Shown in pieces: positions 1 to 12,011 of a DNA stretch of 64,000 nucleotides. Origin of the DNA: Octopus sinensis (lineage: Eukaryota); contig NC_043024.1 of assembly GCF_006345805.1 (NCBI RefSeq), forward strand, positions 6,944,001 through 7,008,000. The letters run 5' to 3'. Every line of letters starts with the position of its first letter. Position 1 is the stretch's first letter. The position numbers were made by a program, and so were the translations under genes. Below the pieces are notes generated by a model, which worked only from the letters and a program-made list of their open reading frames with translations, was not told the origin of the DNA and did not search any database.

Positions 1-1710
1 TTCATTCACTTGTTTATTGGTTGTGACATGTAACAATACAGCCGGCCTACGTGGACAATAAAACAAGAATCCAGCTGGTCACATTGTTGGCAGGAGCAGG
101 CTGGTCCTTTTGTTGCCCAGTACAATACTGACTGCTTGCCTACTGAATCAATTATGCAACAGGAGACTGTGTGTATATATATATAGACACACACACATGT
201 ATAATGCTATATATATATACACACACACACATACACATACATACATGGCCTCATGGAAAGCAGACCAGGTGTGGTTCGCATACACTCTGATAATGTTATT
301 CTTTGCCATTCCCATCCCAGTATGTTGAACCTTAATCCTCTTGCTGTTGTTTAGCCCTGGGTCAGAAATGGAAAAAGAGACCCTATGGTGAAAGTGATCA
401 AATCTGTTCTGACCACGATCTTTCCCTTTTTCTAAAGCGATTGACTGAGATTTGAAGGAGATTTTCATTATAGATAATTAGTCCTCGTTACATGCAACTG
501 GTTAGTGTTGTCAATGAATGTATTGCTGGAAACACTTGTTCATCTCTTTTGTAAATGAAGGTATTTGCAATGTCGCAGGACTTATTTCTCTGTAGTAACT
601 CTTAAATTCCTGTAAGACAGTATCACATTGGACTGTATTGGTGTTGGTCAGCCAGTTCTGAAACCCATTGTATCACAAGAGTCCTACCAACCTTGTTAAC
701 ATTCATCATGAAGAAAGGGAGCATCTCTGTTCTGTTACAGATTCATTATAGGACTGGCTTTTTCACTTAGAAAATTTTTTAACATTTTCAAAAATCCCCA
801 ACTCTGCTGTCACTGAAAAATCTAAAACTGCCAAGTTAGCCAAATATCAAAACACTTTGGTCCTTGCAGTTGATTGTTTTTTGGTGTGGGTGAGGCAATG
901 AACTCAGTTTTATAATGTAGACACAGGCAGGGCCGTGTGGTTAAGAAGCTCACATCCAAATGTAACCTGGGATTCAGTCTCACTGATTGGCATCTTGGGC
1001 AAGTGTCTTCTACCATAACCTCAGGCCAATTAAAGGCATGTGAATGGATTTGGTAGACAGAAATTGAAAGAAGCCTCTTTGTGTGTGTGTAGTTTTGTGA
1101 TGCGATGGTTTAAAGTAAGCATTACTGCTGTCATACAAGAAATGTTTCCAGTCTTCTATGGAAAAAACATGTCTGGTCATGGGGAAATATTACCGAACTG
1201 GGAAACTGGTGTAGTTTGGTGACAAGAAGGGCATCCAGCCATAGAAAATTTGCCTCGACAAATTCCGTCTGACTTTATACTATGGGAAAATCAATGTTAA
1301 TTGATGAACATCATATGGTGTTTGGAGATAAGAAATGATTGCTACACACCCTCACATTCTCTCTCTCTCTCACTTTGAGCTATGAGGCTTGAGTCTGTAG
1401 CTGTTTGCAAGGCAGTGAGGTACTGAATATTATTAAGTTTCCAGTTGTCAGCGTTGCCATCCAGTTGTCTCTGATGGAGAGGAAGAAAGGGCAATGTATG
1501 GCAGCAGTTCTTGCAATACCAGACATGTTAAGGAGTTTTTGATATCTCTGCCAGTTACCGATTATTTATTTGTTTTTACTGGTTTCTGTCTTTGAACTGC
1601 GACCATACTGGGGCATTGCTTTGATAGATTTTTAGCTGATCATAGCAACCCCAATATTTATTCTTCTGTTTGCTATCTTAATCTCTAATTGTTGTAATAT
1701 TGTGGTGATA

Positions 1711-2050
1711 TGAAGGTACATGGTTCATTGGTTACAGTATCAGACTCACAATCCTGAGGTTGTAAGTTCGAAACCTAGATTGGGCTGCGTGTTGTGTTCT
1801 TGAGCAAGATACTTTATTTCATGTTGCTCTAGTTCACTCAACTGTAGAAATGAGCTGCGACATCACTGGTGCCAAGCTGTATCGGCCCCTTTGCCTTTCC
1901 CTTGGATAACATCAGTGGTGGAGAAAGGAGAGGCTGGTATGCATGAGCGACAGCTAGTCTTCCATTAACAACCTTACCTTGACTTGTGCCTCGGTAGGTA
2001 ACTTTGTAGGTGCAATCCCATGGTCATTCTTTACTGAAGTGGGTCTTTAT
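1711..2050 (+). mobile_element. tRNA-derived SINE (ttgagcaagacacttt core family)
   Basis: A-box-like tggttcattgg and B-box gttcgaaacc; body shared with 18080-18365 and with fragments near 13.4, 37.4, 38.7, 40.0 and 53.0 kb. Confidence 0.75.
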
Positions 2051-2386
2051 TCCTTGTGGCACTATATAAACACTGGTGTTTCATTGTCAACAATATAAAC
2101 TTGTTAACAGTTCAATTATGTTTGAGGCATATTTATACCCCTAAGAAAACCATTCACCATTTTGTCAAAATTTTGGGGGGAAGGGGGCTAGTCAATTACA
2201 TCAACCCCAGTGCATAACTGGTACCTATTTCATTGACCCTGAAAGGATGAAAGGCAAAGTTCACCTCGCAGAATTTGAACTCAGAATGTTGTGGCACATG
2301 AAATACTGCTAAGCACTTCGCCCGGTGTGCTAATGATTCTGCCAGCTTGCCGCCTTAGCTTCTTAAATAAGGACTATTCTATAGAG

Positions 2387-2790
2387 CAGGGTTCTTAACT
2401 GAGGCCCAGATGACCTTTGTGGTTCCAGATAAAATTTTGTTATTGAAGCTTAGGTGTAATAAATTTGAAATATTAATATTTCTAAGTCTCTCCAAAGGAG
2501 ACTACGACAGCAGTACTGGATATTAATAGTTATCGCCAAGCTAACATGGCAGTCCAGAGGAATAGGACGAATGCTGCCGTTGATTAGCACCAAGAGGCCA
2601 TCGCCTCTAACTAACTATGTGACACACAAACTAGCTATTAATATGTAATAAATTAATTATACTTCTATAAACTCAGCATATTTGATTATTAAAAGCCTGA
2701 TTTTTTTATACATCAAATGGTTAGAAGGCTCCATCTGTGTAAAATGGAAATCAAAGTGATCCATATGTAAAAAATGGTTGAGAAACACTA
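2387..2790. mobile_element. hAT (Charlie-like) MITE
   Basis: ends cagggttcttaac ... ggttgagaaacacta; 8-bp flanks ctatagag/ctaaagag; similar to 5945-6278. Confidence 0.7.
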
Positions 2791-3635
2791 CTAAAGAGCT
2801 TCTGCTGCTGCTAATAGCAGGGTGTTATTGGAATCGGTGACAGGTCTGCAGTTGCTTGTAATAGCAGCCAAACATTACATCAATATTCTATCATCTTAAA
2901 AGGGAAGGATATAAAATGTCTGAAGTAAGAAATGGGATGGTTGTTATAGGGTGTCTCACCTCCACATTTAGCCAAAATCTAATTTATATCTAGTTTGTCA
3001 GCTTCATGGACTGGTCCTACACCCACTGACCCCAGAATTAAAGTGACCAGACAGTGTGCAACATGAGTCATTCTGAACCTTATGGTGATACCTCAGATTA
3101 TGGGTATTTTGGTTTATGAATGAGGACAGCTGCGTAAAGAAGTGCTGATTTCTGTGGAGGGAACCTGTGGAAGAGGCAGACCCAGGAAGACATGGGATGT
3201 GGTGGTGAAGCATGATGATCTTTGGATGTTGAGCCTCATGGAGGTAATGACAAGTGACTGAGACCTTTGGTGATTTGCTGTGCTTTAGAAGACACATCAA
3301 ACTAAGTGAAATCATAGTTCTGGTCAGTGCCTGCGACATGTAAAATGCGTCCATGCCGGTGACCCGTAAAACATGCCAGTGCTGCTGACCTGTAAAACCC
3401 GCCCGTACCAGTGACCCATAAAACCTGCCAGTGATACAAAGGTACCCAGTATACTCTGAAGTGGTTAGTGTTAAGAAAGGCATCCAGCCATAGAAACCAA
3501 GTTAGAACTGATTGGAGCTTGGTGTAACTCTCCAGCTTGCTAGTTCCATTTTCACCCTTGCTAGCATGGGAAACAGACATTGAATGATGAAGTAGGATAC
3601 ACAAACTTCCCAACAATAACAGGTTACCTACCATT

Positions 3636-4512
3636 CTTATTTCTTTACTACCCACAAGGGGCTACACACAGAGGGGATAAACAAGGGCAAACGGATTAAG
3701 TCGATTATATCAACCCCAGTGCATAACTGGTACTTATTTAATCACCCCCCACCCCCCAGGATGAAAGGCAAAATCAATCTTGGTAGAATTTGAACTCAGA
3801 GTGTAGTGGCAGACTAAATATAACTAAACATTTTGCTCAGCGTGCTGATGATTCTTATTTCTTTACTGCCCACGAGGGGCTACACACAGAGGGGAAAAAC
3901 AAGGACAGACAAACGGATTAAGTCGATTATATCGATCCCAGTGCCTAACTGGTACTTATTAAATCGACCCCGAAAGGATGAAAGGCAAAGTTGACCTCGG
4001 CAGAATTTCAACTCAGAATGTAGTGACAGATGAAATACTGCTAAGCATTTTGCCCAGCGTGCTAACGGTTCTGCCAGCTCACTGCCTTAATAATAATAAT
4101 AATAATAATAATGGTTTCAAATTTGGCCACAAGGGCAGCAATTTTGGGGGCGGGGATGAGTCAATTACAACTGATAATTTACTGACCCTGAAAGGACGAA
4201 AGGCAAAGTAGATATCAGCAGAATTTGAGCTCAGAAGATAGCGACAGGCAAAATACTGCTGACAACTCTGACAGGTCGCTGCCTTCAATAATAATAATAA
4301 TAACAATAATAAGCCTTTCTACTGGAAGCACAAGGCCTCAAGTCGATTACATCTACCCCAGTGTGTAACTGGTACTTATTTAATCACCCCCCACCCCCCA
4401 GGATGAAAGGCAAAATCAATCCTGGTAGAATTTGAACTCAGAATGTAGTGGCAGACTAAATACCACTAAGCACTTCGCCCGGCATGCTAACATTTCTGCC
4501 AGCTTGCCACCT
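3636..4512 (-). mobile_element. Head-to-tail cluster of about 4-5 SINE copies (gtcgactttgcctttcatcc core, Nin/Sauria-like)
   Basis: repeated ggatgaaaggcaaagtcgacctcggcggaatttgaactcagaa-like blocks, some separated by (AAT)n. Confidence 0.8.
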
Positions 4513-5944
4513 TAAGGCTAGCTACCATGCTGCCATAGCTTTTACCTCAGACTGTTTGTGTTTGTCTAAAGCCTGTCTGTTTATGACCATCCCATAGACA
4601 TAGATTTGTTTGCTAAGTATTAAAGAGTTAAGCAGGAAGTTCTGTTCTGTGGAGTGGGCCAGGGCCATCCTACCACATTTTGGTCACAGATAAAGCACTG
4701 TTTAAGAAGAGACAGTCTGCTGTTTGTCCTACAAGTAGTCTTCACACCATCTGTGCCTTTCTTTTTTCCACTTTCCACCAAACCATTATTATGGCAAATG
4801 GAAGAAAGATAACAACAAACCAGAGAACCGGTTTAATATAATGGTCTGCATCTGTTTAGTATTGGGAGACAGGAAATAAAATAAATTCCATCCCCTATGA
4901 ATGCCAAGTACCAAAACCTAAAAAGGCATATAACAAAAAAAAAAATTTAGTTTTTGGTCTCCCCCCCCCCACTATTTTTCTGTCACCATGAAGAATTGGT
5001 ATGTGTACATACGTTAGTCAATCTGTGTGTGTTATGTTCCTAGTATCTACAAGCTTCCAAAATATACTAAGGCTATACAAATAAACAACCCTCTACTAAC
5101 ATGTCTTGTAACACTCTTGTGAAAACATAATAGGGCAAAGTTTTTTTTATTATACTTTTTTTTTATAGTATACTTGAGAAATTTGGTTTGTAATGTAGAT
5201 ATACAAATACACACTAAGTTTTTTTGTATCTTCATACTCACTCACTTTGTGTTTTTGCCTATAAATTTACACACACACACACACACTAGCTTATGCACTC
5301 ACTCACACTTGCTCTCTTGCTCAGTCTTTCTCACACACACACACACACACACACACTTGCTCTCTCTCTCTCACACACACACACACACATTGTATGAGTG
5401 GTTTTGCAGCTTTGTGATAATTATCAAGTCCTTTCCTTGTTTTAAACTGAAGAACCACAGCACATCCTAAACACTTGAGTATTTCAGGAAGCTGTGTAAA
5501 AGTAAGATAAAAGGTCAGTTTGTAGTGTTAAAAACAATACTGCTGTTACCATCACCACCACAACTACTACTACTACTGCTACTAGTAGTGGTGGTGGTTG
5601 TACAGGTTGTACAGTGGTGACTACTAACCTCCTAAATTGGTTGCTTGATGAAAATGTCTTTCATACTAATTTTGTAATAGTAAATGAATCTTGTATGATT
5701 GTTTCTCCGTTTCGGTTGTTTGTGTTGGCAGTTTTGACTCTTCCCTTGTAAAGCTGTGTGATGTCTACCTTCGACCTATTGACTAAGGAAAATAATCTGC
5801 ATATAAACAAAAGAAAAAACATGAAATATGCAGTGCAAAAAAACGAAAAGAAAATGTTCATTAACACGGCTTTGAGTTAATTTTGAAAAATCTTGCCTCT
5901 CACAATATGGCCCCAGCAGACAAAATGGAGGTGGTGTTCTAGAG

Positions 5945-6278
5945 CAGAGGTTCTCAACTGGGGTCTATATGTACACTCAGGGTCCATATAAGATTTTTGG
6001 GGGTCCACAGATGCAATATAGTAAACTGAGAATCTATGGTTATTTTTCAGGGGCCTTGAAAAAAAAAAAAAAAAAAGCTGCTTCAGACAAGTTCATGCAA
6101 TAAATTGGTCATGCTCCTACAATTCACAAAATACTTTAACAATTTTTATACAATTCTTAATAAAATTATAAAAATACAAAAGGATTTTTTAAACATCGAA
6201 TGGTTATGCCAGTCCACCCATGTAAAATAGGGATCAAGAGTCCATAGGTAAAAAAAATAAAATGGTTGAGAACCCCTG
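5945..6278. mobile_element. hAT (Charlie-like) MITE with 8-bp TSD
   Basis: TIRs cagaggttctcaac / gttgagaacccctg; TSD ttctagag (5937-5944) / ttctggag (6279-6286), an NTCTAGAN-type target. Confidence 0.85.
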
Positions 6279-6656
6279 TTCTGGAGGGAGATGAGCTGGA
6301 ACGGTCACAAGGCTCACACTAGCAGACAACCATCTCTGCCTTCATAGTGATGAGCAGGTATATGGACCAGGGAGGCCAAGAGCACTGGAGGTTTCCGCTG
6401 CCACAGGCTCAGCCTTAAACCTGTTGGAGAGTAGCCAATACCTTGAGACTTTGCTTTTCTTGACCGGACAAGTAGCAAAACTTGGGCTTGTGGCTGACAA
6501 CACTAAGTTGCTGCTGTAGGTGTCACAGTGTGGCATCCTGTATGAGGGGTTCTACTGCCACGGGACAGAAAAATTGTCATCCCAACTATGTTGCCTTAGA
6601 CTCTTTTTTTTTTTTTTATATATATATAAAAAGACTTGCAGGAATGGCTGTGTGGT

Positions 6657-6877
6657 TGTCAAACGATGTTGGGGGGACAAACACAGACACACACACATAC
6701 ATATATATATATATGACGGGCTTCTTTGAGTTTCCGTCTACCAAATCCACTCACAAGTCTTTGGTCGGCCTGAGGCTATAATAGAAGACACTTGCCCAAG
6801 GTGCCACACAGTGGGATTGGACTCGGAACCATGTGGTTGGTAAGCAAGCTACTTACCACACAGCCACTCCTGCGCCT
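6657..6877 (-). mobile_element. tRNA-derived SINE (ggcgcaggagtggctgtgtggtaag family)
   Basis: reverse complement of the 22656 copy; many copies in the window. Confidence 0.85.
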
Positions 6878-8291
6878 ATTTTGTTACCATATTTTTATTG
6901 AAATACTCTGCCTTTGTTTCAATTAATTATGAAAATAAATTTATGATAAAATAGCTGTCATTATCAATCTGATGTTTGGGGCATAAATTAGCCTGAAATT
7001 TTGATGGAAGGTTTTTTTTAGATAACTTTAAAGCAGGAAGTTTGTATCATAAGAACTAGGGACAGTTTCAGGAGGGGTTGGTCACAAAAGGGTGAAAGAG
7101 ATAAAGGACTGCAACATGTGACAGTGATTAAGATAAAGACCTCACCTATGCAACCTATAGTGGAGCAATGTGGTGGAGAAGGCCAATTCAACCCCTGCGG
7201 AATTGGCAACACAGGGGTAACATATAACAATAATGACTGGAGTTATTATTTTTAACATGGTTTTCCATGTTAGCAGTGGTTGTTTAGCTCTAAGTCAACT
7301 CCAACCAGGACCACCCCATTTGATATTCATGACTACATTATTTAGGATGCCTCTCTATTTTCAGAATGCCAGTGCATGATTTAATGGGAGCATATGCATT
7401 TGAAGCACTCCTGTATAGATTGTTTAACCCTAGTTCAGCTGTTATCAAGTGGTCCTGTTATCAAAAAAGGCATTCCATCCATGAACATCCTGTTTTGTTT
7501 TCAGGCAGTATACCTTGAATTGCTCTACTGAATCTGTCTTTTTTTATTATTTAAGACAGTAAAATGTGATTAGAGGGAGATTTGGCTGCTATCTCTAGAG
7601 GTTGAGGAGTGACTACTTGACTTCCTTGTTGAATTACAAAGGTCTCAATAGTATAGCTTAACTTGTCCCGACATCTCAACTAGGACTTGTATAGGGGTGC
7701 CTTTGTTGCATTTGCCTTGAACGTTTTTAGACCTGGCTGAGTTCAACCTCTTCTTCTTGGCTTGACCACAGCTGATTTCATGAAGGTAGAAAAAGAGGTG
7801 GGGAAACATACTTGACCTTGGCATAGTTTGAACCCATATATAAAGTTGAAACATTTATCGAAAACCACATATTCCGCATACCCGAACTCTTTGCAATACC
7901 AGTTACTGCCTCCCCACCAACCACCACCACTTGCACCCCACATTCTCTCCCACACACTGCATTCATGGTTCACTACATTTGCTGTTCACCTCCTTTGTAT
8001 CCCCCCCCTCTACTGTCATATCATTCCCAACATCCCTTTGTACCTTTATATCCCCCTCCACACTTGAGTTACTCATCCGTGACAGTTGTTAATCTATCCT
8101 TTTCCACTAGTATGAGTTACTCATCCGTGACGGTTGACAATCTATCCACCACCCTGGCAACTCTCTCAGCTGACCTTAAAATATAGAAATGATGTTTTAT
8201 GAAGCTATCTATGCCATATGTCGGAAACTTAATTATTTGTAATTAATCTATAAATAATAATTAATCTAATCTTTGTTTCTGTAATTTGTAG

Positions 8292-8387
8292 GTCGTGAAA
8301 ACAATTGGTCTTCGAGAAATTTGGTTCTTTGGTCTCCAATATAAAGACAGCAAAGGGTTTTGTACCTGGTTGAAACTTAGCAAGAAG
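8292..8387 (+). CDS. ERM: ERM (ezrin/radixin/moesin) exon, FERM F1: [32 protein letters not shown]
   Basis: ttgtag acceptor, 96 nt open, aag|gtaagt donor; closely matches moesin [23 protein letters not shown]. Confidence 0.96.
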
Positions 8388-11098
8388 GTAAGTTTTCAGT
8401 TCTCATGTTACCTTTGTTCTGCACCCCACCCCAGCCTGTTCTGATTGAGCAAACCAGTCATACCTGGCCCACATATTGTGTTTTATGTTCAAGCTGGCCA
8501 GATCTGGCTTCTCGCACTTACCCTACAATGTCATTCTAAAAACAACCACATTATTGACATCTCAAATCTATGAGATAGTGTCATCATTTAACGTCCGTCT
8601 CCCGTACTGGCGTGGGTTGGACGGTTTGACAGGAGCTGGTAAGCCAGAGGACTTTGCCAAACTCCACTGTCTGCTTTGGCATGGCTTTTACAGCTGAAGC
8701 AGACATTGGAGCTTGGTGCCGTCATCTGGCTTACCAGTTCTTGACAAACCATCTGACCAAAATTCAAAATGATCTGAATGAAGGGTTAAACTCATTATAG
8801 CTGTGACTCTTTACTCTTTTACTTGTTTCAGTCATTTGACTGTGGCCATGCTAGAGCACAGCCTTTAGTTGAGCAAATTGACCCCAGGACTTATTCTTTG
8901 TAAGCCTAGTACTTATTCTATCGGTCTCTTTTGCCGAACCACTAAGTTACAGCGATGTAAGCACACCAGCATCGGTTGCCGGCTGAGACAGAGGGCATGT
9001 CAGTACCAGCGCTTGCGATGGATAACTATGAGGTGGAAGGCTACGGGCTGATGCATTTTTTATTTGCATTGCAAACTTCTTGATGTGAACTCAAGTGTTG
9101 AAAAAAATTTTGTTGCATCTCAGGAGAGTTGTTTTTCCTATAACAAATACACACAACTAGTTCTACTTCATATCTTCATTATTTATTATTCATCAATGGA
9201 TAACTATTTTAATCAACTAATTGATTGATTGGTTAATCATTTGTGCTTGTGAGGAAAGAACTTTGACAAACCTTACCGATTAATAGATTGACTGAATGTT
9301 TAATCCATCGATTAGTTGATTAAATAACTAACCAATTGTTGAATAATAATGAAGTGAAATAGAACTGGTGTGTGTGTGTGCTTATTAGCGTAATGACCCT
9401 TCCAAGATTTCTTTTTCTTGTAATGATTCCTTTTTGGAACAGAAATAAGTGATAGAAAAGATAAGTTTTGTAACCCTTTACTACAGAGAATTCCTCAGTT
9501 CCTTCAAAATGAAAATCAAGGTAAGTCTGCAGAACCCTTTGACTGATGCTGTCCCCCATGATATTGTATCATACAGGAAATTAAAAAGTTTAAATACCAA
9601 GTTGTTCCCCCCCCCCTTTTTTTTTTAAAGTTTTACCAACAGATCAATTAAGACTGTGTTAACTTCCCCCCATCCCCCGATATGACATATGCTACAAATA
9701 TGTTAATATTTGGTTTATTTCTCACCTTGGGTGTGATGTGTGACCAACCTTGATCATGCTCTCCACCATTTTAATTGATCCCTCCAGAACCACTAGATTA
9801 AGTACCTGCTTTTTAGTCGCGTGATCATTCCAGCTATGTATGTATAACTGGGACCACACTGTTCAGTGTGTCCTTCCTTTAGAACAATAGATTTTGATTT
9901 GAGATAACTTGGCTGCTATATCTAGCAGGTTGATTGACTGAGTAGCAGATTCTTCTAACATATGACCAGGGCAAGGTTTTCTCCTTTCTCTCTCCATTTA
10001 GGAACTGATAGTCTTGTTTACATCCACTTATCTGTCTTTAACTTGTAGCAGGTATTATCTCCCTTGGCTTAGTCTCGACTAATTCTGGGGATACAAGAAC
10101 ATGTCAAAGCCTTATAAAGTGTATTGAACAACCATTTGATAGATATTGAGCAGCTCAGATGCAGTGTGCTGAGTGTATTTATTTAGGCTGAACACCAAAT
10201 TCTAATTCTTTACTGCTTCAATACCTCAGCTGGCTGTCAAGATAAACATAGCATACCAAATCTAAAGAATGTTATCAGGACAATCTCTGATTTCACGGTG
10301 TTAAGTGGCTGCCATCCAAATACCATTCCTTAAGTCAGTTGGGACTGGTGGAAATATTTACAGAAATGCTTTAAAAAAAAAAATTTTTTTTTAAATTTGC
10401 AACATGGCTGTAGTATGTCGTTTAACCCGTTAGTGCTCAGATTAATTAACCTGTAATGCTTAATTGTTCACATTATTTTGAATTATTCAGGTTCAAGAGG
10501 AGTGGCCACAATATTCGCTTGTAACTTTAATTCTATACATGCAGATTTTAAATTTTGTCAGTGAGCACTTATATACCAGTGGTTTATAGTTATGTAATTT
10601 TAGCTGATCTTTCCAGATAAATTTAACAGGTGTAAAAGCAATAGCATGGGTAAACACTAAAATTGAAATTCCTGATGCATCTTACCTGTTTGATTTACTA
10701 AAGTTATTCCAGATGTCAACTGCCAACAATTTTGCCACTTTTCAAAGATGAGGTACATTAGTTTGAATTAATTAAAATACAGGTGTAATTGGTACAAGAT
10801 TTTATTCTTTCTCCATTTTTCATTCAAATATTTTCATTGAAAATTAAGTACAACTAGCCAATGTACTCTTATACAATGTACTCTTATACAATTTAATGAA
10901 TACATTCACATAACTGAATGCCTCTAATAGAAAAGAAAAGCTTATTTATAGGTGAAAAAGAAAAGCTTATTTATAGGTGAGACAAAGGTGAATACAGGTG
11001 TGTAACATACTGAAAATTAATATGTATTTCTTACTTTCACATATTTATAATAAAATGAAAGGAATGTATGATAATATTACTATCAAAAAACAAAATAG

Positions 11099-11460
11099 TT
11101 ACATATTTCTGTCGTGAAACTGTTCAAAGCACCCTTTACACAGGGGCACTTTGCAAAATGAACACGTATATGAGGTCTCGACCTGATATCTTTTCGCAGT
11201 TTTTCTTTTTTGCAGCGAACACAGTCTGCAAACTTTTTTCCTTCCATTTATTTTTACCACTTTATGGAAGTCAATATTTTCTCTGTTGACATCCACTTCA
11301 GTTAATTTTACTTTTTTCTCCCAGTTCTATGTTTTCTGGAAGAAAAGCCCTCATGTAACTGAGATGCAATGTCAACCCGAAATTTCAAGTGGTTGTAGTC
11401 CTTTGGTGGTGGAGGTATCTTGTGGCTTTTTACATAAACAATATATGAATTAATTGAAAT
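11099..11460 (-). pseudogene. piggyBac (PGBD4-like) transposase C-terminal remnant
   Basis: ISINSYIVY..HLKFRVDIASQL, a frameshift in an A-run, then the Cys-rich domain CRLC..ETSYTCSFCKVPLCKGCFEQFH*. Confidence 0.85.
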
Positions 11461-11896
11461 CACCTGACCTGGTGGTGCTGGAGATTTATCTCCCCACTAT
11501 CGATAGAAAACAATTTTGCATCAAAAGCCAATATGAAGGTTTCTCTCGTAACTACTGTAGTATCACGTGATCACATGACTGACCAGACTATCAGATGTTG
11601 TTACACATCGCTGGTCACAATGTGCTTTGCATTGTTTTAGCCTTCAAATGATGCCACCCTGCTGGTTAGGGGAGCAGGCCAACAGTCCTCACTGGAGAAA
11701 TATGAAATGAAGTGTTTTGCTCAAGAACACAACACACCACCCAATCAGGGAATTGAACCCACGATCTAGCAATTGTGGGTGCAACAGCCTAACCACTAGG
11801 TCACATGCCTTCACAGTATAGTTTGTTCCAGCAGAACATCCACACTTAAGCAGGGTTCAATATTTATTTTTGGTATTAAAACTGCCTCTGTCGATG

Positions 11897-12011
<115 letters not shown>

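Noticed and set aside
490-830. Possible DNA-transposase fragment on the minus strand (CDTVLQEFKSYY)
   Set aside because: Short, interrupted and without a diagnostic motif; it needs a translated search.
1-8291. ERM start exon(s) (MPK..VRVTTMDAELEF..LFDQ)
   Set aside because: I could not find them by eye; they probably lie upstream of the window.
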